Shown here one piece after another: positions 1 to 6,727 of a stretch of DNA of 38,985 nt. The notes beneath the pieces were generated by a model. The model did not search any database, was not told where the DNA came from, and worked only from the letters and a program-made list of their open reading frames with translations. Within the stretch, counting starts at the first letter, position 1, and the number at the start of each line of letters is the position of its first letter. Position numbers and translations under genes: made by a program. Source of the stretch: an uncultured Brachyspira sp. (lineage in GTDB: Bacteria > Cyanobacteriota > Vampirovibrionia > Gastranaerophilales > Gastranaerophilaceae); the NCBI GenBank assembly GCA_900321895.1, contig ONYB01000074.1, positions 1 through 38,985 of the forward strand, read 5' to 3'.

Positions 1-3
1 AAA

Positions 4-429
4 ATGGCAAAAAAAGTCGTAGGTAAAATTAAACTACAAATTCAAGACGGCAAGGCTAACCCATCACCACCGGTTGGTCCGGCACTCGGTCAACATGGTG
101 TAAACATCATGGATTTCTGTAAACAATTCAACGCAAAAACTGAATCTCAAGCAGGATACATCATTCCGGTTATCATTGATGTTTACGAAGACAGAAGTTT
201 TTCTTTCGTAATCAAATCACCTCCGGCTCCTGTATTGATTAAAAAAGCATTGAATCTTTCAAAAGGTTCTGCTGTTCCTAACAAGGATAAAGTTGCTGAA
301 ATTACTAGAGCACAGTTGGAAGAAATCGCTAAAATCAAAATGAACGATTTGAATGCAACAACAATGGATGCTGCAGTTAAAATGATTGCAGGTTCTTGTA
401 GAGCTATGGGTGTTACAGTAAAAGACTAA
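4..429 (+). CDS. rplK: 50S ribosomal protein L11
   Basis: 141-aa ORF with the canonical L11 N-terminus ([30 protein letters not shown]). It sits directly upstream of rplA. Confidence 0.97.
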   Translation: MAKKVVGKIKLQIQDGKANPSPPVGPALGQHGVNIMDFCKQFNAKTESQAGYIIPVIIDVYEDRSFSFVIKSPPAPVLIKKALNLSKGSAVPNKDKVAEITRAQLEEIAKIKMNDLNATTMDAAVKMIAGSCRAMGVTVKD

Positions 430-520
430 TAAGGATGGAAGGAATAATTCTTTTCTCGCCAAAACCTTGCGGTGAGAACAAAAGATAAATTCCGCTATTA
501 CCACGAAAGGAAACAAAATA

Positions 521-1243
521 ATGAGTAAATTAACTAAAAAACAACAAAAAGTGCAGGAAATGCTTGCAGACTTTGCACAACCTGCTACAGCAGTTGATGC
601 ATTGAAAAAATTACAGGAAATATCAAAAGCAACATCAAAATTTAACGAAACAGTGGAATGCCACATGAGATTAGGTATTGATGTTCGTCAAGCTGATCAA
701 CAAATCAGATCTACAGTAGTTTTGCCGGCTGGTCTTGGTAAAACTGTAAGAGTTTGCGTTATCGCTAAAGGTGCTAAGGCAACTGAAGCTACTGAAGCTG
801 GTGCAGACTTTGCTGGAGCTGAAGAAATTCTTGACAAAATCGCAGGCGGTTGGTTTGAATTCGACACATTGATTGCAACACCTGATTGTATGGGTATGTT
901 GGGTAAATTAGGTCGTGTATTGGGGCCTAAAGGCTTGATGCCAAACCCTAAGACTGGTACTGTTACAATGGATGTAGCTAAAGCTGTTAAAGATGCTAAA
1001 GCCGGTAAAGTTGAATTCAGAGCTGACAAACAAGGCATGATTCACTGCCCTATCGGTAAAGTTGAATTCGCTGCTGACGATTTGATTAAAAACTATGCAA
1101 CACTTGCTGATGCAATTTTAAGAGCAAAACCGGCTGCTGCAAAAGGTACATTTGTTAAATCAATTTACCTTGCAACAACTATGGGCCCTGGAATTAAATT
1201 GGATCCGAAAGTATTTGCTGCAGAAGTTAAAGAATTGGTTTAA
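521..1243 (+). CDS. rplA: 50S ribosomal protein L1
   Basis: 240-aa ORF with typical L1 blocks ([35 protein letters not shown]). An AAGGA Shine-Dalgarno lies upstream. Confidence 0.97.
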   Translation: MSKLTKKQQKVQEMLADFAQPATAVDALKKLQEISKATSKFNETVECHMRLGIDVRQADQQIRSTVVLPAGLGKTVRVCVIAKGAKATEATEAGADFAGAEEILDKIAGGWFEFDTLIATPDCMGMLGKLGRVLGPKGLMPNPKTGTVTMDVAKAVKDAKAGKVEFRADKQGMIHCPIGKVEFAADDLIKNYATLADAILRAKPAAAKGTFVKSIYLATTMGPGIKLDPKVFAAEVKELV

Positions 1244-1270
1244 TCAACCGATAATTAACAAATTACAAAA

Positions 1271-1299
1271 ACACCTCCGAAATTCGGGGGTGTTTTTTG
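1271..1299 (+). terminator. Rho-independent terminator after rplA
   Basis: A 9-bp stem acacctccg/cgggggtgt (one G-U pair) with loop aaatt, followed by TTTTTT. Confidence 0.8.
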
Positions 1300-1310
1300 T
1301 TGCGAAATAA

Positions 1311-1339
1311 TTGACCGCCGTGACATTTAATGCTTTAAT
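1311..1339 (+). promoter_or_regulatory. Sigma70-like promoter directly abutting the spmA-like start (leaderless geometry)
   Basis: TTGACC (1311-1316), a 17-nt spacer, TG at 1331-1332, then TTTAAT (1334-1339). The ATG at 1346 lies 6 nt after the -10 box, and there is no SD. Confidence 0.5.
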
Positions 1340-1345
1340 TAATTT

Positions 1346-1999
1346 ATGAATTACATTTTTTATTTTTTAATTGTAATATCAATCATAGCGGGAGCTGTAA
1401 ACGGCAAGTTGGCAGATGTCGTGAATGCAATACTGTCGGGGGCTGAATTGTCCGTCAAGGTTGCATTTTCGCTAATCGGAATTATGGCATTTTGGCTCGG
1501 AATGATGAAAATTGCCAAAGAGTGCGGACTGATTGAAATTATCGCAAAAATTATTAAACCGATTACAAAAATATTATTCAATGAAATCCCTGAAAATTCG
1601 CCTGCAATCGGCGATATTGCAATGAGTTTTTCGGCAAATGCTTTTGGGCTGACGAACGCGGCAACCCCAATCGGAATAAAAGCAATGGAAGAACTCCAAC
1701 GTCACAACGAAGATAAGGCTTCTGCCTCAAATGCAATGTGCATGCTTCTTGCAATGAACACCGCAGGTTTTCAACTCGTACCGGCCACAGTAATCGCAAT
1801 TCTTATCGGGATAGGCTACAAAAATCCGACAAACATAATCGCACCAACACTTTTAGTTACATCGATTGCGTTTGTGAGTGCAATAATTTTAGCAAAAATT
1901 TTCCAACACGTTTGGAAACCGCAAATCCCGCACACAAATAAAACCGCTAAACACACCGAACACGCAAAAGAAGTCGTACAAGCAGGGAGGGCTGAATAA
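1346..1999 (+). CDS. Nucleoside-recognition (Gate) domain membrane protein, SpmA-like
   Basis: 217-aa polytopic membrane ORF resembling spore maturation protein A family members. Its stop overlaps the next start (TAATG). Confidence 0.7.
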   Translation: MNYIFYFLIVISIIAGAVNGKLADVVNAILSGAELSVKVAFSLIGIMAFWLGMMKIAKECGLIEIIAKIIKPITKILFNEIPENSPAIGDIAMSFSANAFGLTNAATPIGIKAMEELQRHNEDKASASNAMCMLLAMNTAGFQLVPATVIAILIGIGYKNPTNIIAPTLLVTSIAFVSAIILAKIFQHVWKPQIPHTNKTAKHTEHAKEVVQAGRAE

Positions 2000-2532
2000 T
2001 GTTCAACTCAATTATGAACTTCATCTCTCTTTGGGCACTGCCATTGATTTTGCTGATAATTCTCACAATGGGACTTATAAAAAAAGTTCCGCTATACGAA
2101 AGCTTTACGGAAGGGGCAAAAGACGGTTTTAAAGTATCTGTAAACATAATCCCGTATCTTGTTGCCATAATCGTTGCAATATCAATGCTAAGAGCATCCG
2201 GCATAATCGAAATGTGCGGGAATACTCTTGCACCAATACTAAATCACTTTAACGTGCCAGCAGACACAATCCCGATAATGCTTGTCCGTTCACTTTCAGG
2301 CTCGGCAGCCATCGGAATTTTTTCGGACATCGCCCACAACCTCGGGCCTGACAACTACGCAACAACACTTGCCGCAGTGATGGTCGGAAGTAGCGAAACC
2401 ACATTCTACGTACTTGCAGTCTACTTTGGAGCAGTCGGAATAAAAAAACTCCGCTACGCACTTATAGTAGGTTTATTGGCTGATTTAATTGGAATTATCG
2501 CCGCTGTCAGCGTTTGCAACCTTATGTTCTAA
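1999..2532 (+). CDS. Nucleoside-recognition (Gate) domain membrane protein, SpmB-like
   Basis: 177-aa polytopic membrane ORF, translationally coupled to the preceding gene. This is the typical SpmA/SpmB pairing. Confidence 0.7.
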   Translation: MFNSIMNFISLWALPLILLIILTMGLIKKVPLYESFTEGAKDGFKVSVNIIPYLVAIIVAISMLRASGIIEMCGNTLAPILNHFNVPADTIPIMLVRSLSGSAAIGIFSDIAHNLGPDNYATTLAAVMVGSSETTFYVLAVYFGAVGIKKLRYALIVGLLADLIGIIAAVSVCNLMF

Positions 2533-2702
2533 ATTGAAGATACATTAAAATCTCTTTCGGATTTTGAAGTTGTTGTTTCCAAAACACCTTTGAAAAGTCT
2601 TTCCCAAAAAGCTTCAATTCCACTGATTTCAGCTTTTAAAGCTTCGAATTCGTCTGCCTTTTGTGCTTTAATGTTTTCTTTCAATTCGTTGTAATCGTAC
2701 AT
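2529..2702 (-). CDS. Small hypothetical protein (57 aa, charged/helical)
   Basis: The internal ATG at 2702 is preceded by GAAGGAG 8 nt upstream, so the longer ORF-track start at 2780 is unlikely. The 3' end overlaps the spmB-like stop convergently by 4 nt. Confidence 0.4.
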   Translation of the reverse strand: MYDYNELKENIKAQKADEFEALKAEISGIEAFWERLFKGVLETTTSKSERDFNVSSI

Positions 2703-2825
2703 AAAAAATACTCCTTCTAATCTTTCACATAATATCTTTCGGCACATTTTAGAGAAAACTTTAGCAAATTCAAAAATCATTTTACAAAACTTTAAACTTG
2801 ATATTAAACAAACACAAACCTATTA

Positions 2826-2854
2826 TTGACAATCTCATTAAGATATGTTAAGAT
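2826..2854 (+). promoter_or_regulatory. Sigma70-like promoter for the zinc-ribbon gene
   Basis: TTGACA (2826-2831), 17-nt spacer, TAAGAT (2849-2854). It overlaps the perfect 10-bp tandem duplication at 2838-2857. Confidence 0.5.
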
Positions 2855-2857
2855 ATG
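2838..2857. repeat. Perfect tandem 10-bp duplication (ttaagatatg x2)
   Basis: Read directly: 2838-2847 is identical to 2848-2857. Confidence 0.9.
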
Positions 2858-2881
2858 CTGGTTATAAACGGAGGAATTGTT

Positions 2882-3388
2882 ATGGCTGATTCACACAAAA
2901 CATTGAGATGTCCTGCTTGCGGGAAGGAAATGCAGAAAATTTTTATCCCGTCGGAAGGGGTAAATATTGATATTTGCACAGAGGGTTGCGGCGGAATTTT
3001 CTTTGACAACAGAGAATTTCAAATGTTTGACGAACAACACGAAAACATCAACGATATTATCAAAGCGGTTGAAAATAAAGAGTTTACACCTGTAGACGGT
3101 TCTCTTCCGAGATATTGTCCTGCATGCGGTGCCAAAATGGTAAAAAATTATTCCAGCATAAAAAAACAAATTCAAATTGACGAATGCTACAGCTGTGGCG
3201 GTAAATTTTTAGACCACGGCGAACTTTCGGAAATTCGTGCAGAATACGCAAACGAAGCCGACAGACGTGCAGACACAATGAAATATCTTTATAATGAAGT
3301 CGGCATGGAGCTTGCTGCAGTTGAAAACAAACCGATCAGGAAAAAATCTCTTATGCGAAGTCTTTTTGACAAACTTATTATAGGATGA
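2882..3388 (+). CDS. Protein with two TFIIB-type zinc-ribbon (zf-TFIIB-like) modules
   Basis: Two copies of CPxCG..(~20 aa)..C..CGG.F.D..E (CPACGKEM..CTEGCGGIFFDNREF and CPACGAKM..CYSCGGKFLDHGEL). The start is taken at ATG 2882, behind GGAGG (2870-2874). Confidence 0.7.
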   Translation: MADSHKTLRCPACGKEMQKIFIPSEGVNIDICTEGCGGIFFDNREFQMFDEQHENINDIIKAVENKEFTPVDGSLPRYCPACGAKMVKNYSSIKKQIQIDECYSCGGKFLDHGELSEIRAEYANEADRRADTMKYLYNEVGMELAAVENKPIRKKSLMRSLFDKLIIG

Positions 3389-3410
3389 AAATAAAGTATA
3401 AATATTAAAA

Positions 3411-3441
3411 AGGGCGGATTTTGCAATGCAAAATCCGCCCT
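3411..3441. terminator. Bidirectional intrinsic terminator between convergent genes
   Basis: 15-nt inverted arms agggcggattttgca / tgcaaaatccgccct, flanked by an A-run upstream and a T-run downstream. Confidence 0.8.
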
Positions 3442-3466
3442 TTTCAATATCATTGTCACCAACAAG

Positions 3467-4837
3467 TTAAGCAATCAATCGTTTCAGAAGTTCAATATTT
3501 TCGACACTATCGCTTTCGAAATAAATTCTCAAAAGTGGTTCTGTTCCGCTCGGGCGAACCAAAACCCAACTGTTATTATCATCAAAATAGAGTTTTACAC
3601 CATCTTTTGTGTCGATATTTTTCACCTTAAAACTCCCGAGAGCGGTCATAGACTTATATTTTTCCAAAACAGGCTTAATTTCATCTGTATTTTCAAGTTT
3701 TTTATCAATTCTATCATTGTAGAATTTACAGCCTACAAAATCATACAAATTTTTTTGCAATTCTTTAAGGGATTTACCTTCATAAGCCATAGCTTCTAAA
3801 ATCAATGAATTTGCAAGCAAGCCATCTTTTTCCGGAATATGCCCTTGAATACTCAAACCACCGCTTTCTTCCCCGCCAATAATAGGGTTGAACTTACGCA
3901 TAGCCTCGCCTACGTGCTTAAACCCAACTGCGGTTTCAATAACCTCAACCCCGAGTTTTTCAGCAACTTTATCAAGCAAAAGACTTGCTCCGACAGTTTT
4001 TACGATTGAACCTTCATAATTTTTATGTTTTTTCAAATGCATCAAAAGAATTGCGATAATTTCATTCGGCGAAACATACTCACCGTCCTCGTTTATCACC
4101 CCAAACCTGTCAGCATCACCATCATTCGCAAACCCTACGGACGGGGCTTCACTTTTCACTTTTTCAATCAATTCCTTCAAATATTTTGGTTTTGGTTCGG
4201 GCATTCCGCCTCCAAAATTCGGGTCATGGTACATGTGGAGCGTTTCAAATTTTATATCATTATTTTGCAAAATTTTGTCAAAATACCCGATACTTGCGGA
4301 ATACAGACCATCAAAAATGATATTTTCTTTTAATTCACGAATTTTTTTGTAGTCCACAAGTTTTTGCAAATGAGCGAAATAATCAGGTTTGAAATTGTAT
4401 TGGCGGATTTCACCCTTGCCAAACCCGCTAAACTTTGCATTCAAATTATAAACTAATTCATCCGTAATATCAGAAGTTGCGGGACCGGCATAATCAGGAA
4501 TAAATTTAATACCCAAATATTCCGGCGGATTGTGAGATGCGGTAAACATTATCGCACACGCATTCAAATGTTTTGCACTATAAGCCAAAACCGGTGTCGG
4601 GATTACTGATTTGCTATACAAAACCTCAAAGCCGTAACCTGCGAGCATTTCCGCACACTGCATTGAAAATTCCGCAGCCATATTTCTCGGGTCATATCCA
4701 ACAAGGATTTTCTTATCTATCCCAAAATTATCAAAAACATATTTTCCGATTGCTTTTGTAACCGTTTCAACGTTTTCTTTGTTAAAATCTTTTCCCACAA
4801 CGGCACGCCAACCGTCCGTTCCGAATTTTATTGTCAT
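3467..4837 (-). CDS. Alpha-D-phosphohexomutase (phosphoglucomutase/phosphomannomutase family)
   Basis: Contains the catalytic Ser loop TASHNPPEYLGIK, the Mg loop NDGDADRFG and the sugar loop GGEESGG. A GGGAGAAG SD lies upstream. Confidence 0.9.
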   Translation of the reverse strand: MTIKFGTDGWRAVVGKDFNKENVETVTKAIGKYVFDNFGIDKKILVGYDPRNMAAEFSMQCAEMLAGYGFEVLYSKSVIPTPVLAYSAKHLNACAIMFTASHNPPEYLGIKFIPDYAGPATSDITDELVYNLNAKFSGFGKGEIRQYNFKPDYFAHLQKLVDYKKIRELKENIIFDGLYSASIGYFDKILQNNDIKFETLHMYHDPNFGGGMPEPKPKYLKELIEKVKSEAPSVGFANDGDADRFGVINEDGEYVSPNEIIAILLMHLKKHKNYEGSIVKTVGASLLLDKVAEKLGVEVIETAVGFKHVGEAMRKFNPIIGGEESGGLSIQGHIPEKDGLLANSLILEAMAYEGKSLKELQKNLYDFVGCKFYNDRIDKKLENTDEIKPVLEKYKSMTALGSFKVKNIDTKDGVKLYFDDNNSWVLVRPSGTEPLLRIYFESDSVENIELLKRLIA

Positions 4838-4913
4838 AATCTTCTCCCTATTTCACTTTTTCTTATTATAAGCGAAATAGAGGCATTAGTAAACATTTTA
4901 ACAAAATAAAAAC

Positions 4914-5282
4914 TTAGCCCCTTAAAAGTTTTGGAGCCGTTGAAACTGTTCTTTCAATCCAGCTTTGGGTAACTTCATCAAACACAGGATTTACGACAGC
5001 TTTAACCAATACTGCATAATTTATGTCAATAAAATTAATCTTGTCAACCTTTTCAACCAGAAAACCGCTTGCCCCGCAGTTATGACAAAAATGTTCATCC
5101 GGAATGACTTTTCCATTTTTAATAATAGCCTTCAATTTCACCCCGCAACAGGAACATCTGGTAATATACCAACAATTTTCGATTAGCTCACCGCAATCGG
5201 GACAGTAGCAAAAATCCTTATCCGGAGTGACTTTTTCATGCTTGCATTCTTTATTTTTTTTGAAAAATTCCAAGATGAACAT
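4914..5282 (-). CDS. Cys-rich hypothetical protein (putative zinc ribbons)
   Basis: 122 aa with CxCPDC, CSCC and CHNC clusters and an ATG start. No family recognised. Confidence 0.55.
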   Translation of the reverse strand: MFILEFFKKNKECKHEKVTPDKDFCYCPDCGELIENCWYITRCSCCGVKLKAIIKNGKVIPDEHFCHNCGASGFLVEKVDKINFIDINYAVLVKAVVNPVFDEVTQSWIERTVSTAPKLLRG

Positions 5283-5319
5283 ACTTTATGTATAACGGGA
5301 AATTTCAAAAAGTCAAAAC

Positions 5320-5760
5320 TCAAAATGCTTTAATCAAAAAAACCTTAATTCCATTGTCCAAACGTTCAACACGTTTTACATATCTATAATCTTCGAGTTT
5401 CGTCAAAATCAATACTACCGCAGGCTTTTTACCGGTCATTTTTGCGTAATAAAGCGATTGCCCAATACTTTCCGCCCATTTTTTAGCGAAATCAAACTCG
5501 ATTGCATAATCCTTTGTCAAACAATCCACACGAGTTCCGTCCCACAACACGAATTCTTGTTTTCCAAAATCGCTGCTACACCACTGGCTGACGTAAAAAG
5601 CTTCTTTCATGCCTGATCTCATATCTTGAGTTTTGTACAATTTTTGCGGAACATAGTTAAGCGTAAAATAAAACACCCCACTCACAATACACAAAAACGA
5701 AAACGCAAAAGCGATAAATTTATTACGATAACCTTGGTGTTTGCGAGATTTTCCAGCCAT
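5320..5760 (-). CDS. Membrane-anchored hypothetical protein
   Basis: Start taken at ATG 5760 (MAGKSRK..), because the ORF-track start at 5775 is TTG. It has one N-terminal TM helix and then a ~100-aa soluble domain. No family recognised. Confidence 0.55.
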   Translation of the reverse strand: MAGKSRKHQGYRNKFIAFAFSFLCIVSGVFYFTLNYVPQKLYKTQDMRSGMKEAFYVSQWCSSDFGKQEFVLWDGTRVDCLTKDYAIEFDFAKKWAESIGQSLYYAKMTGKKPAVVLILTKLEDYRYVKRVERLDNGIKVFLIKAF

Positions 5761-5766
5761 AGAATG

Positions 5767-5795
5767 ATTATACAAGATAAAAAGGATTTTGTAAA
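5767..5795 (-). promoter_or_regulatory. Sigma70-like promoter with leaderless geometry for the 5760 gene
   Basis: On the minus strand: TTTACA (5795-5790), 17-nt spacer, TATAAT (5772-5767), 6 nt, then ATG (5760). No SD. Confidence 0.5.
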
Positions 5796-5896
5796 ATTGT
5801 ACCCGATCGGGTAATTGAAAATTAAATTTATCTTTAATTTAATAATAGCATAAGTTAAAAATCTTTTTCATACTTCCAGCTATTCTTAATTCCAAC

Positions 5897-5922
5897 AGAG
5901 CCTTTAAAGGCTCTTTTTTTTT
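5897..5922 (+). terminator. Orphan plus-strand intrinsic terminator (no upstream plus-strand CDS)
   Basis: Palindrome agagccttt/aaaggctct (5897-5914) followed by eight T (5915-5922). The minus-strand reading lacks a T-run. Confidence 0.6.
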
Positions 5923-5927
5923 GTTAT

Positions 5928-6076
5928 GTGAATAAGTAAATAGGTGAATAAGTTAATAAGTTCAAATCGGGTGCGTTGCACCAAAGCTGTTTTGAGCGTA
6001 GCGAACGATAAGAACTTATTCACGAGCCCAAGCAGGGCGAATTCACTTATTTACCTATTCACTTATGTACACTTAT
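5928..6076. repeat. Structured interspersed intergenic repeat, copy A
   Basis: The core at 5955-6020 is about 90% identical to 16524-16590. There are nested inverted repeats: aataagttc/gaacttatt, ggtgc-gtt-gcacc, and GTGAATAAGT units on the left with inverted ACTTATTCAC units on the right. Confidence 0.7.
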
Positions 6077-6104
6077 ACGGCAGGAAACGTATTATTCTAC
6101 GCCC

Positions 6105-6536
6105 TTAGTCCAAATCGATTTTATCGGCATCCATGTTGTTGCAATACAAGTAAGTTACCAACCCAGGAATAATTGTGTAGAAAATTGCTGACGGTAACGT
6201 GCATAATGTTTGGTCTTTTTTAATTTGTTTGATTAACTTTTTATCGGCTTTGGGATCAAGGTCGTATTTTTCGGCTACAGTGTCATCACTTCTCAAACCA
6301 TAATACAAGGTACTAAAAATACCGCCAAATATTGACCAGCCAGCTGCAGTAGTTCTTGCTTTTCGCACAATTTCTTTCGACTCGGCTTCAGTTCTTTCCT
6401 TACCTTTAAAATTTACCGTATCGGTCGGGGCATTCCCCTTCAACAAGTTGGTATTTGCAGGAATTTGACCTACATTTTCGGTATTTCCGAGTGAGTGAAG
6501 CTTCATTGAGTTTACAGAATTTACTGACAAAGACAT
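6105..6536 (-). CDS. Hypothetical membrane protein (two predicted TM segments)
   Basis: 143-aa ORF with an ATG start. Hydrophobic stretches are AAGWSIFGGIFSTLYYGL and LPSAIFYTIIPGLVTYLY. No family recognised. Confidence 0.55.
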   Translation of the reverse strand: MSLSVNSVNSMKLHSLGNTENVGQIPANTNLLKGNAPTDTVNFKGKERTEAESKEIVRKARTTAAGWSIFGGIFSTLYYGLRSDDTVAEKYDLDPKADKKLIKQIKKDQTLCTLPSAIFYTIIPGLVTYLYCNNMDADKIDLD

Positions 6537-6619
6537 TTCTACCTACTTTCTATTTTCATTTTACACCTATATTAAATATAAAACATGAACAAAGAAAAAT
6601 TTGCTACTTTCCCCAACCC

Positions 6620-6641
6620 ATCCTATCCTATCCTATCCTAT
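6620..6641. repeat. Pentanucleotide microsatellite (TCCTA)x4
   Basis: Read directly: a-tccta-tccta-tccta-tccta-t, located 85-105 nt upstream of the ATG at 6536. Confidence 0.9.
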
Positions 6642-6727
6642 GAAGGATTATATCTGAGTTTCAGCCTAATTAAAAGTCGAATTAATATTTCGTTACAAAC
6701 TCCATTTTCAAAAACTTTTGACCATTT

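Noticed and set aside
259-1038. Antisense ORFs of 135 aa and 113 aa overlapping rplK and rplA (259-666 and 697-1038, minus strand)
   Set aside because: These are shadow ORFs opposite highly conserved ribosomal-protein genes. Their composition is low-complexity, and they have no SD or promoter.
5959-5975. GTTCAAATC stretch in the repeat core resembling a tRNA T-loop
   Set aside because: The flanking 5-mers (ataag / cgggt) are not complementary, so no T-arm can form. No acceptor or anticodon arms are evident.
5944-6108. 54-codon GTG-initiated ORF running through repeat copy A
   Set aside because: The 1-nt indel and the substitutions in copy B (16524-16590) destroy the frame and introduce stops. 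The conservation is therefore at the nucleotide or structure level, not the protein level.
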